From assembly GCA_050740455.1 (NCBI GenBank), contig JBOIDF010000002.1, positions 35,642 through 99,641 on the forward strand: DNA of 64,000 bases, written 5' to 3'. Within the stretch, counting starts at the first letter, position 1; each line of letters opens with the position of its first letter. The notes beneath the pieces are model-generated. The model was not told where the DNA came from. It saw nothing but the letters and a program-made list of their open reading frames with translations, and ran no database searches. The translations under genes were made by a program, and so were the position numbers. The stretch is from Gammaproteobacteria bacterium. GTDB taxonomy: Bacteria > Pseudomonadota > Gammaproteobacteria > JACCXJ01. Below are positions 41,110-49,905 of the stretch, one piece after another.

Positions 41110-41583
41110 ATGAGCACGAGTTTGAATCGCATCCGCACAGTTTCGGGCTTTACGCTGATCGAGGTGATGATCGTCGTGGCGATCGTCGGCATCTTGTCGG
41201 CGATCGCTTATCCGTCATACCAGCAGCATGTGCGTTCATCCAGGCGCGCCGATGCCCAGGCGGCGCTCTTGGAGCTGGCACAAATCATGGAGCGGCGGTT
41301 TACTGAGAACAACGGTTATGACCTTGGCCTCGCCGGGGTAGTAGATGCCCCAGACAACTTGCCCTTTACACAGTCACCCAGGGACGGCACGGCGGTTTAC
41401 AATCTGACGCTCCTTGCAGTCGCGGCAAACACCTTTACGCTGCAAGCGGCGCCCATAGCAGGAGGGCCTCAAGTCGGTGACGGCAACATGCAACTCGCGG
41501 AGACGGGAGCTAAGTTCTGGGACCGCACTGGCGACGGTGACTTTGGCGACACCGACGAGGACTGCTGGCGAAAGTACTGCTGA
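41110..41583 (+). CDS. pilE: Type IV pilus minor pilin PilE
   Basis: GFTLIEVMIVVAIVGILSAIAYPSYQ prepilin N-terminus. About 157 aa. Confidence 0.8.
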   Translation: MSTSLNRIRTVSGFTLIEVMIVVAIVGILSAIAYPSYQQHVRSSRRADAQAALLELAQIMERRFTENNGYDLGLAGVVDAPDNLPFTQSPRDGTAVYNLTLLAVAANTFTLQAAPIAGGPQVGDGNMQLAETGAKFWDRTGDGDFGDTDEDCWRKYC

Positions 41584-41728
41584 TGTTTTGACGCCGATCT
41601 TCTCCGGTGTTATTGTCCGCGAATCTTTTTTCTTACGAACAGCTCCGCGCCTAGGCTGAGGTACTGATGAAGGGGTGCCGCGCCCGAACGCAAGCGAACT
41701 TCATCGATAGGCGTCTTTGCGAGTGACC

Positions 41729-41977
41729 CTACGTTTTCTCGCCGGGGCGACGATCCAGACAGGCGATCTCGCCCAGCACCGACCCCGGCTCGAGGTCGCG
41801 CAGGACCATCAGCTCTCCCTCGGGCCCCTCGTGGACGACCTGCAGCATCCCCTGTTTGACCAGAACCACGTCTTCGCCCGGATCGCCCTCCTTCCACAGC
41901 CACGACCCGGCTTCGATCTCGGACTCCTGCCCCAGCTCCGAAAGCAAGGCACGCAGCGCGGCAGCGGGCTCAGCCAA
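41729..41977 (-). pseudogene. Remnant of a cyclic-nucleotide-binding domain gene
   Basis: 82-aa ORF covering only the beta-roll and phosphate-binding cassette (GSVLGEIACL...RRP), then stopping. No associated effector domain. Confidence 0.4.
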
Positions 41978-42130
41978 GCGAATCCGGGATCCGTTCCGCG
42001 GAGGCCGACGCGCAGGAAGCGCGGAGGCCGCCTCCCCGACAGCGGCGCCGACGCGCGGCCAGCGTAGCGAATAGGTATTTCAAAGGCCCTTTTTCCTCAG
42101 GAGCGAAGATACGACTGGACCAGTAGGCTG

Positions 42131-42394
42131 TCAAACGTGTGTATTCGGCCACAGTTTGCCGGTAACGAATAGGCGTTCATTCCGCGCGTCGTAAGCGATC
42201 CCGTTCCGGACATCGACAGGGGTTGCTCTGTCGGCTTCACTGAGCAAGCCGCGTAAATCAATCCAGCCCACGACTTGACCAGTTTGTGGTGCGATCCTGG
42301 CTATCCGATCGGTCTTCCATACGTTCGCAAACAGTTCGCCGCGGACAGTTTCGAGCTCGTTCAATCGCGTGACCGGCGTCGCGCCCTCGCGCAC
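42131..42394 (-). pseudogene. C-terminal fragment of a glutaminyl-peptide cyclotransferase (third, diverged copy)
   Basis: 87 aa, about 85% identical to the C-termini of the full genes at 43439..44143 and 44659..45492. No N-terminal portion. Confidence 0.6.
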
Positions 42395-42483
42395 CGTTAG
42401 GCGGTCGGCTTCGGCATAGGGGTTACAAAATCCGCTTCCAAAGTTATACTTTGGTGTAATTTAACGAATCGCGAGGTCTCATC

Positions 42484-42741
42484 ATGCCAATTGCAACCCT
42501 TCGCAGTGTAGGCGGTTCGGTTGTCATGGCCATCCCCAAGCGCATATTGGATTTGGTGCATTTGCAATCCGGTTCGCAAGTGAATATTGATGTCCAGGAC
42601 GGAAAACTGGTGGTTGAGCCGAAGAAAAAACCACGCTATACCCTCGCCGAACTGATGGCGCAGTGCGACCTGTCGCAACCTATGAGCACAGAAGAAAGAG
42701 AATGGCTTGACACACCCGATGTCGGCGCAGAGGTACCCTGA
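42484..42741 (+). CDS. MazE/PemI/ChpS-family antitoxin (SpoVT/AbrB fold)
   Basis: 85 aa. RSVGGSVVMAIPKRILDLVHLQSGSQVNIDV...YTLAELMAQCD closely parallels ChpS/PemI. Overlaps the toxin gene start. Confidence 0.75.
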   Translation: MPIATLRSVGGSVVMAIPKRILDLVHLQSGSQVNIDVQDGKLVVEPKKKPRYTLAELMAQCDLSQPMSTEEREWLDTPDVGAEVP

Positions 42742-43079
42742 TGCGCATACCCGGCTGGGGCGAGATTTGGCACGTTAATCTGAACCCAGTCGCGGGCAAG
42801 GAACAACAAGGCTTGAGGCCGGTTCTGGTGGTGTCCGACAAAGAATTTAACCGGTCCGGACTGGTACTTGTTTGTCCGGTCACACAGGGCGGCAATCAGG
42901 CGCGGTTTTCCGGGTTCGCCGTGTCATTGATGAACACAGGCACGGAAACGCAAGGGGTTGTGATGTGCAATCAACCGAGGACTATCGACTATGCTGCACG
43001 CGCGGCAAGGTTCATAGAGGACGCGCCGGATTACGTGATCGATGATGTCTTGGCCCGGCTGCAAACCCTTCTGGAGTAA
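42741..43079 (+). CDS. MazF/PemK/ChpB-family endoribonuclease toxin
   Basis: 112 aa. GEIWHVNLNPVAGKEQQGLRPVLVVS...LVCPVTQGGNQARFSGFAVSL matches PemK/ChpB. Local GC is clearly lower than the surroundings. Confidence 0.8.
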   Translation: MRIPGWGEIWHVNLNPVAGKEQQGLRPVLVVSDKEFNRSGLVLVCPVTQGGNQARFSGFAVSLMNTGTETQGVVMCNQPRTIDYAARAARFIEDAPDYVIDDVLARLQTLLE

Positions 43080-43094
43080 CCGAGTTCTACAGAG

Positions 43095-43301
43095 GTGGTC
43101 ATCGATGACAAAACAATCCAGTCCGCAGTGGCCCGGCTGGTGTCTGCCGCAACGTCCCCCAGCCAGGTGATCCTGTTCGGCTTTTACGCACTAGGCACGG
43201 CCGATGAGGGCTCAGATCTCGATCTGCTAGTCATCGAGCGGGAAATACCCAACAAGGCTGATGAATACACAGCTCCGCGCCGGAGAAAAGACGGCCGGTG
43301 A
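43095..43301 (+). pseudogene. Truncated minimal nucleotidyltransferase (Pol-beta superfamily, MNT-like)
   Basis: 68 aa with ILFGFYALGTADEGSDLDLLVI (GS-x-D-x-D). Ends at a duplication junction, so it is about two-thirds of a normal MNT. Confidence 0.5.
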
Positions 43302-43306
43302 ACTAG
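43280..43306. repeat. Direct repeat junction CCGGAGAAAAGACGGCCGGTGAACTAG (copy 1; copy 2 at 44636..44662)
   Basis: Identical 27-mer, extended to about 35 bp with one mismatch, immediately 3' of each full glutaminyl-cyclase copy. It marks a tandem-duplication boundary. Confidence 0.8.
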
Positions 43307-43438
43307 GGAGGCTCTGAATAAGTTCCTAATTTTCCAAGCGCGTCATTCCCGCGAAAGCAGGTATCCAGGATTTACGCCGGTTTCCTGGATGCCCGCTTCC
43401 GCGGGCATGACGAAAGAGGGTCTTATTTCAGAGTTTCC
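43307..43438. repeat. MITE-like insertion with terminal inverted repeats and a central 30-bp imperfect palindrome
   Basis: Present only in copy A, between the junction repeat and the QC stop. TIRs GGCTCTGAATAAG ... CTTATTTCAGAG. Core palindrome CGTCATTCCCGCGAAAGCAGGTATCCAGGA-N12-TCCTGGATGCCCGCTTCCGCGGGCATGACG. Confidence 0.6.
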
Positions 43439-44143
43439 CTACCGCCGGGGGACAAGCTTGATCTCGAAAAGCTTCGGCCATAGTTTGCCGGTAACGAACA
43501 GGCGGTCATTGCGCGCGTCGTAAGCGATCCCGTTCAGGACATCGATGCCCGTTGCTCTGCCGGCCTCACTGAGCAACCCGCGCAAATCAATCCAGCCCGT
43601 GACTTGACCCGTTTGTAGCGAGATCCTGGCTATCCGATCGGTCTTCCAGACATTGGCATACAGTTCGCCGCGGACAGTTTCGAGCTCGTTCAATCGAGTG
43701 ACCGGCGTCGCGCCCTCGCGCACCGTCAGGCGGCCTGTCTCACGAAACGTAGTTGCATCGAGGAACCGCAGCGTTGCCGTGCCGTCGCTCATGATGAGCC
43801 GCTTACCATCGTGGGTGATCCCCCAACCTTGGCCGGAATAATTGAACATCCGCTTGACTTGAAAATTCATCCGCTCGTATATGAACCCGAGCTTCGAGGT
43901 CCAGGTCAACTGCACGAGATCGGGGCCCCAGCTTGTCAGCCCCTCTCCGAAGTGCTCACGGGATCGTGCGGTCTGCCGTAGCACCCTGCCCGTTTCTAAT
44001 TCGACTTTCCGGAGCGTCGAACGGCCGTTCACCCCCGTGCTTTCGTAGAGGAATCCGTCAACGTAGGTCAAGCCCTGCGTAAAGGCATTGCGATCGTGAG
44101 GATAGACCCACACGACCTCGGGTGTACGGGTTGCCGCTCTCAT
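43439..44143 (-). CDS. Glutaminyl-peptide cyclotransferase (glutamine cyclotransferase), N-terminally truncated copy A
   Basis: 234 aa, over 95% identical to copy B across the beta-propeller body. Lacks the signal peptide, and homology breaks exactly at CACGACCTCG. Possibly a pseudogene. Confidence 0.65.
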   Translation of the reverse strand: MRAATRTPEVVWVYPHDRNAFTQGLTYVDGFLYESTGVNGRSTLRKVELETGRVLRQTARSREHFGEGLTSWGPDLVQLTWTSKLGFIYERMNFQVKRMFNYSGQGWGITHDGKRLIMSDGTATLRFLDATTFRETGRLTVREGATPVTRLNELETVRGELYANVWKTDRIARISLQTGQVTGWIDLRGLLSEAGRATGIDVLNGIAYDARNDRLFVTGKLWPKLFEIKLVPRR

Positions 44144-44317
44144 CGAGTTGGGCGTCGTTGAAGAGGGGGCTGAGCTTGACTGTCATGGGAAGATCCTATT
44201 TTGGGCCAGGCGGCGCCTGGCGTATAATCATGGGAGCCTGGAATTTCCCAGGCGGGGCGAGTACCCGAGCGCCATCGAAGATGGCCGGACCCGGAGGTCG
44301 AAAGTCAAGAAGGAACG

Positions 44318-44551
44318 ATGGCCACGATGATCAATGAGCTCTACGATGCGCTCCGCAAGGCAGGCGTTGATGAAGATATCGCACGCAAGGCCGCGCAAGC
44401 TGTGCTGGGAGCCGAGGAAAAAGATCAGCTCGTCACCAAGGATTATTTACGCGCCGAGATGGAAGCGCTCAAGTCAGATCTAATCAAATGGAACGTCGGG
44501 GCGATGGCCGTCCTTACCGCCGTCTTCGGCGCGCTGGTGAAGCTGCTATGA
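44318..44551 (+). CDS. DUF1640-family small coiled-coil protein with C-terminal TM helix
   Basis: 77 aa. TKDYLRAEMEALKSDLIKWNVGAMAVLTAVFGALVKLL matches the DUF1640 C-terminal pattern. Lies between the two QC copies. Confidence 0.5.
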   Translation: MATMINELYDALRKAGVDEDIARKAAQAVLGAEEKDQLVTKDYLRAEMEALKSDLIKWNVGAMAVLTAVFGALVKLL

Positions 44552-44635
44552 CTGCGGATCAGCCGAGTCGAAATGCGGCTAGGCGCCATCGAGGCGCATT
44601 TTGAGCAGCGTTGAGTCGCGCTTGGCCGCTCCGCC

Positions 44636-44662
44636 CCGGAGAAAAGACGGCCGGTGAACTAG
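44636..44662. repeat. Direct repeat junction, copy 2
   Basis: See 43280..43306. Confidence 0.8.
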
Positions 44663-45492
44663 TGCCGGAGGACAAGCTTGATTTCGAAAAGCTTCGGCCA
44701 CAGTTTGCCGGTAACGAACAGGCGGTCATTGCGCGCGTCGTAAGCGATCCCGTTCAGGACATCGATGCCCGTTGCTCTGCCGGCATCACTGAGCAACCCG
44801 CGCAAATCAATCCAGCCCGTGACTTGACCCGTTTGTAGCGAGATCCTGGCTATCCGATCGGTCTTCCAGACATTGGCATACAGTTCGCCGCGGACAGTTT
44901 CGAGCTCGTTCAATCGAGTGACCGGCGTCGCGCCCTCGCGCACCGTCAGGCGGCCTGTCTCACGAAACGTAGTTGCATCGAGGAACCGCAGCGTTGCCGT
45001 GCCGTCGCTCATGATGATCCGCTTACCATCGTGGGTGATCCCCCAACCTTCGCCGGAATAATTGAAGGTCCGCTTGACTTGAAAATTCATCCGCTCGTAT
45101 ATGAACCCGAGCTTCGAGGTCCAGGTCAACTGCACGAGATCGGGGCCCCAGCTTGTCAGCCCCTCTCCGAAGTGCTCACGGGACAGTGCGGTCTGCCGTA
45201 GCACCCTGCCCGTTTCTAATTCGACTTTCCGGAGCGTCGAACGGCCGTTCACCCCCGTGCTTTCGTAGAGGAAACCGTCAACGTAGGTCAAGCCCTGCGT
45301 AAAGGCATTGCGATCGTGAGGATAGACGCGCACGACCTCGTACCCATGCGTGGGCGCGCGCTGGTTCACAAAGCCCCGCTCTAACGAGGAAGATGTAGTT
45401 ACGATGAGCGGAAAACCTAGCGCTAGCACCGCAAGAGCGATCACATGATTTCGAGAGCCCAAGACGTTACGGCTGGAATGCGTTTCATTCAT
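44659..45492 (-). CDS. Glutaminyl-peptide cyclotransferase, full-length secreted copy B
   Basis: 277 aa with a signal peptide/TM (VIALAVLALGFPLIV). Plant/bacterial-type QC beta-propeller family. Confidence 0.75.
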   Translation of the reverse strand: MNETHSSRNVLGSRNHVIALAVLALGFPLIVTTSSSLERGFVNQRAPTHGYEVVRVYPHDRNAFTQGLTYVDGFLYESTGVNGRSTLRKVELETGRVLRQTALSREHFGEGLTSWGPDLVQLTWTSKLGFIYERMNFQVKRTFNYSGEGWGITHDGKRIIMSDGTATLRFLDATTFRETGRLTVREGATPVTRLNELETVRGELYANVWKTDRIARISLQTGQVTGWIDLRGLLSDAGRATGIDVLNGIAYDARNDRLFVTGKLWPKLFEIKLVLRH

Positions 45493-45517
45493 TGAAAAGA
45501 TGCGGACTGGCGGCGTG

Positions 45518-47029
45518 TTAAGAAGCTGCCACCGATCCTACGTATACACAGGCCAGCGCGAAGTAAACCACGAAGCTGAGCAGCAACAACACCTGTGAGG
45601 TACGGCTCGGACGCGCCCATTGCGGTAATTCCGGGGATAGGTAGCGATAGTTCAAATAATACAGGGCTATCGGGAAAATCACGGTCCCGATGAATCCAAT
45701 CACGGCGCTCGTGAGGATTAAAGGGCCTGGCGCATCGAGCAGCATGGTCAACGACGTGACTATTGTAAGTACTCCTAAGAAAACATAGTAGAGATAGCGC
45801 ATCTCGTAGCGCCGCGCCTTCGGAAACAGCACATGGACAATGTCGGCTTGAATGCGGCTCACCGCATCGGCCGTCGCCAACCAGGTATCCGTTAGAAACG
45901 CCGCGGCAATGATGAGAAATAAGACGCGCCCTACCTCACCCCAGCTCACCTCGAAAAATCGGCTCTGCACCACCGCCAGTTCGTACCCTTCGGGCACCAA
46001 GCCTTGAGGAAACAATAGCGCGTAGGCGAGAAGACAGGTCATCAGTGTGGTCAACAGGTTGCCGATGATTCCGACGGAGACATCAGCACGCAGGAAGCGG
46101 CGCCAGGATCGCCACCGCCGTGCGTTCTCGGGTGCGCTTTCGGGAAGATTGCCGTCCTGGCTGACGACTTCTGGTTTACCCGCGAGCGGTCCGGTGATTC
46201 TCCCCATGTGCACGGCCATCCCGCTGCCCTTATCCCGCAACCAATAGGAATAAAACAACGCCCAAAAACCGCCGAGCCCGGCGAAACTGACGGCCGTGAG
46301 AAGCTTCGTCGAATCCCGCGGATCCCAGGATCTCGGCATCGGGCCTGTCGATCCATAAAGTCCTGGCAGGAACTCAGGAATCGATTTTACCACGTCAGCT
46401 TGTGTGCAAGCCCAGAGCAAGCCAAAAACGGTCACGGCCGCCACCGCTTTCATGAACCGTTCGATGAAGATGTAGATGACGCCGCTTGAGAGGAGGGCGA
46501 TGAGGAAGACGGCGATCGAGACATACCCCCAGAAAAGAGCTTGACCGCGTTGCGTCCAGCCCTTGGGAAAATCGGCGAGCGCCGCGATCGCCGTGCCTCC
46601 CGCGCTTGCGAAGGCGCCGAACCAGAGGAACGACAGCGTCATCAGCAACCACAGAAAGATGCCAAGACCGCGGTGGAGACGGATAAACCCGTGGAAAATA
46701 CTCTCTCCGGTCAATAGGGTGTAACGTCCGATCTCGATGTTGAGCGGGTATTGCAGGAGGCAGGCGGGAATCAACACCCACAGAAAGGTTAAACCGTATT
46801 TTGCGATGATGTAAGGCCACCAGATCAGCTCGCCGCTCCCCTGCGCGAGCGCCATCCACACGACGCCGGGTCCAAGCGCTGCCCACCAGCCGGGAAACGG
46901 CGGTAACGGTCTACGGCCGTAGCACCTGCCGGCGTGGCCATCGGCGCCGAAGAGATCCGAAGCGCGCACGGCCGGCGTCGTAGCTACCAATATTCTAGGC
47001 GGGAGGCGCCGACCGCTTCCAAGGCTCAA
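45518..47029 (-). CDS. Polytopic membrane transporter, Nramp/MntH-related
   Basis: About 11-12 TM segments. N-terminal LGPGVVWMALAQGSGELIW...AKYGLTFLWVLIPACLLQ parallels the Nramp TM1-TM2 region, but the DPGN signature is replaced by GSGE. The true start is probably internal. Confidence 0.45.
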   Translation of the reverse strand: MSLGSGRRLPPRILVATTPAVRASDLFGADGHAGRCYGRRPLPPFPGWWAALGPGVVWMALAQGSGELIWWPYIIAKYGLTFLWVLIPACLLQYPLNIEIGRYTLLTGESIFHGFIRLHRGLGIFLWLLMTLSFLWFGAFASAGGTAIAALADFPKGWTQRGQALFWGYVSIAVFLIALLSSGVIYIFIERFMKAVAAVTVFGLLWACTQADVVKSIPEFLPGLYGSTGPMPRSWDPRDSTKLLTAVSFAGLGGFWALFYSYWLRDKGSGMAVHMGRITGPLAGKPEVVSQDGNLPESAPENARRWRSWRRFLRADVSVGIIGNLLTTLMTCLLAYALLFPQGLVPEGYELAVVQSRFFEVSWGEVGRVLFLIIAAAFLTDTWLATADAVSRIQADIVHVLFPKARRYEMRYLYYVFLGVLTIVTSLTMLLDAPGPLILTSAVIGFIGTVIFPIALYYLNYRYLSPELPQWARPSRTSQVLLLLSFVVYFALACVYVGSVAAS

Positions 47030-47615
47030 GCGCCTCTATCCCCGCATACCAACGCCGGATTTCGGTATGCGGTGCCATCGGGTAAGCGGCCGCTTCGGCG
47101 AGCGCGAGCGGAGCGCCTACGGAATAATCGGCTAGAGTCGTGGATTTACCGGCCAACCACGTTCGTCCCATGAGGTGATTGTCGAGAACGCTGGCAAAAC
47201 GATGGAAGCGCTCTTCTGCCTTTTTGAGCTCCGCCGGATCAGGGCAGCCGAGGTTCAGAAATCTCTTTACTAGATGTTCGTAAATGTAAATCCCGCACGC
47301 ACTGCCGAAATGCGCGAGCCCCCAACACTGCCAACGGCTGATGTCGGCTTGCGCCTTGGCATCAGCGGGCCAAAGCGTCGATCCGGGCTTCTTTGAACAA
47401 AGGTACTGCATGATGGCGTTTGATTCCCATAACACGAAATCCCCGTCAACCAGGGTGGGAATCATGTGATTGGGGTTCAATTGCAAAAACTCGGGCTTCA
47501 TCTGCTGACCGCTCGAAAGATCCACGGTTTCCAGCTCGCAGTCGAGGCCTAGGTGATAAATGACCGCAAGTACACGCCGCGAATTCGGGGAGACTGGAAA
47601 ATGATACAGTTTCAT
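46995..47615 (-). CDS. Glutathione S-transferase
   Basis: 206 aa. N-terminal thioredoxin-like GST domain (MKLYHFPVSPNSRRV...IPTLVDGDFVLWESNAIMQYL) and a C-terminal helical domain. Confidence 0.8.
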   Translation of the reverse strand: MKLYHFPVSPNSRRVLAVIYHLGLDCELETVDLSSGQQMKPEFLQLNPNHMIPTLVDGDFVLWESNAIMQYLCSKKPGSTLWPADAKAQADISRWQCWGLAHFGSACGIYIYEHLVKRFLNLGCPDPAELKKAEERFHRFASVLDNHLMGRTWLAGKSTTLADYSVGAPLALAEAAAYPMAPHTEIRRWYAGIEALEPWKRSAPPA

Positions 47616-47655
47616 GGACCACCTCTTGCTGCTGTTAGTGCCGCCATCCTGGATT

Positions 47656-48291
47656 TCAACGCTCCGAAACGCCCGCCAACTCGTTCCATTTATTCAACAC
47701 TGCGCAAAAAAGATCCGCCGTGCGCTCGGCATCGTAGATCGCGGTATGCGCTTCGGCATCATCCCAATCCAAGCCTGCCGCTTGGACCGCCCGCGATAAA
47801 ACCGTCTGGCCGACGGCCAGGCCCCCGAGGGTCGCGGTATCGAAGGTGCTGAACGAGTGAAACGGGTTGCGCTTGATACCCGTCCGTGCGACCGCCGCTT
47901 TGATAAAGGCAAGATCAAAGGAGGGGTTGTGTCCCACCAAGATCGCCCGAGTGCAGCCCGTCTTAGTGACCGCCTGACGTACAAACTCGAAAATACTCTC
48001 TAAGGCCTCGTGCTCGGGCACGGCAAAGCGGAACGGGTGGTGCGGATCGATCCCCGTAAACTTCAAGGAAGCCTGATTGAGATGAGCGCCCGGGAACGGT
48101 TGTACATGACAGGCGACCGTCTTTTCGCGCCGCCACTCGCCTCTCTCGTCGCTCATTACCGCCACGGCGGCGATCTCCAGCAAAGCATTGGTCGCCGGAT
48201 CGAAACCACCGGTTTCCACATCCACAACGACGGGCAAGAAGCCACGGAAACGCGACGCCATCAGGCGCCTGGATCGCGTGTCGCTACTCAT
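47656..48291 (-). CDS. rnt: Ribonuclease T
   Basis: DEDDh exonuclease motifs (VVVDVETGGFD, GHNPSFDLAFI, HTAIYDAERTADLF). About 211 aa. Confidence 0.85.
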   Translation of the reverse strand: MSSDTRSRRLMASRFRGFLPVVVDVETGGFDPATNALLEIAAVAVMSDERGEWRREKTVACHVQPFPGAHLNQASLKFTGIDPHHPFRFAVPEHEALESIFEFVRQAVTKTGCTRAILVGHNPSFDLAFIKAAVARTGIKRNPFHSFSTFDTATLGGLAVGQTVLSRAVQAAGLDWDDAEAHTAIYDAERTADLFCAVLNKWNELAGVSER

Positions 48292-49321
48292 GCGTCACCA
48301 GAGTCCAGTCACAGGCCGCTCCGGCCCGAAAGGGTATTAGCTCATCATTTCCGTATGGGTATTTATGTGGGACGGTCATGGGCGCCCGGCGGAGCGTAAG
48401 CTTCTCGCTCGTCCTCGGCAATCCGTAAAACGCCGCACCGTGGCCGCTCGCGAATCCATCGAGGCGATCCATCCTCCCCGCCTCATCGAAGACTTCCGCG
48501 TAAAGCTCCAAGGCCGCGTGCGCGGTATAAATCCCGGCACATCCGCAGGCCCGCTCCTTGGCCGCACGCGCGTGCGGCGCGCTGTCGGTGCCGAGAAAAA
48601 ACTTCGGGTTGGCACTGGTCGCGGCCCGCACCAATGCCCGCCGGTCTTCCTCGGTCTTGAGCAAGGGCAAACAATAATGATGGGGTTGCAGGCCGCCCTG
48701 AAACAAGGCATTGCGGTTGAGCAGCAAATGATGCGCGGTGATCGTGGCGGCCAAGGATGCGGGGCCGGTGCGAACGTACTCGACCGCCGCGCGCGTCGTA
48801 ATGTGCTCCAACACCAGCTTGAGACCGGGAAACCGCCGGATGATCTCGGCCAATACCCGTTCGATAAAAACACGCTCGCGGTCGAAAACATCCACTGCGG
48901 GTTCGACGACCTCGCCGTGCAGGAGCAAGGGCATGCCGAGTTTCTCAAGCTCCGCGAGCACCGGATACACCTTGCGGATGTCGGCCACGCCGCAGTTCGA
49001 ATGAGTCGTCGCCCCGGCCGGGTAGTATTTTACCGCTACTACATGGCCGCTTAGCTTGGCCTTTCGGATCTCCTCGATACCGGTCTCCTCGGTGAGATAG
49101 AGCGTCATGAGCGGCTCGAAGCGCAGGCCGCGAGGCAGTGCATCAAGGATGCGCGCGCGGTAGGCCAAGGCCGCGGCCGTGGAAGTGACGGGCGGGTCGA
49201 GATTCGGCATCACCACGGCACGCGAGAAACGCATCGCGGTGTGCGGCAATACGTTCGCCATCCACGGTCCGTCCCGCAGGTGAACGTGCAGATCATCGGG
49301 TTTTCTAATGCTTACTTCCAT
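48284..49321 (-). CDS. pyrC: Dihydroorotase (type II, homodimeric)
   Basis: KPDDLHVHLRDG metal-binding N-terminus. 345 aa. Confidence 0.9.
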   Translation of the reverse strand: MEVSIRKPDDLHVHLRDGPWMANVLPHTAMRFSRAVVMPNLDPPVTSTAAALAYRARILDALPRGLRFEPLMTLYLTEETGIEEIRKAKLSGHVVAVKYYPAGATTHSNCGVADIRKVYPVLAELEKLGMPLLLHGEVVEPAVDVFDRERVFIERVLAEIIRRFPGLKLVLEHITTRAAVEYVRTGPASLAATITAHHLLLNRNALFQGGLQPHHYCLPLLKTEEDRRALVRAATSANPKFFLGTDSAPHARAAKERACGCAGIYTAHAALELYAEVFDEAGRMDRLDGFASGHGAAFYGLPRTSEKLTLRRAPMTVPHKYPYGNDELIPFRAGAACDWTLVTHE

Positions 49322-49370
49322 GCACGCCTTCGGGACAAACGTATAACGATCACCGGCTCCGCGCGGCGGT

Positions 49371-49685
49371 TCATTCGTGAGCAGGCATCCCCAAGTATTG
49401 GTCTTTCAACTTGACATAATGGGCAGCGGAATCCGATAGGTATCTCTGCTCGACCTCCGTTAGCGGGCGTGACTTGCGCGCGGGGCTCCCGATCCATAGA
49501 TGCCCTCCTTGAAGCACTTTGCCACTCGGCACCAAACTCCCCGCCCCCAGGATTAACCCTGCTTCCAAGACGGCGCCATCCATGACCGTCGCCGACATGC
49601 CGATGAGGCAATAGTCCTCGATTCGGCAGCCGTGGATCACGGCGCGATGGCCGACGGTGACCTCCCCGCGCTCGCAACGGTTTTT
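49371..49685 (-). pseudogene. Gamma-carbonic-anhydrase/hexapeptide-repeat family, C-terminal half only
   Basis: EGEVTVGHRAVIHGCRIEDYCLIGMSATVMDGAVLEAGLILGAGSLVP...YVKLKDQYL aligns to the C-terminal half of YrdA/PaaY-like proteins. An in-frame stop lies at 49686-49688 and no N-terminal half was found in any frame. Confidence 0.5.
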
Positions 49686-49905
49686 TCACAAACTCTCAGT
49701 CCACGGGCGCATCGAATTCGTTGACCGGAGCCGCGACGGCGGCTCTAAAGAACTTCCTGGATTTACACGATATATCGCCAACACCTTTTCGAACGAGCTG
49801 TGTTCTAAACCCAGGGGTATGTCGCAATTCCAGGACCGTGGATAGGGCGCCGCTGGGCCGCTTTACACCCAGCTTGCCCGTAACTCATCGCAGACAGTTG
49901 AGACT

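Noticed and set aside
48365-49054. 229-aa antisense ORF within pyrC
   Set aside because: Shadow ORF. pyrC is well supported.
49683-49700. Short similarity TTCACAAACTCT shared between 49686 and 55856
   Set aside because: Only about 12-14 bp with no extended flanking identity. It was judged to be coincidental.
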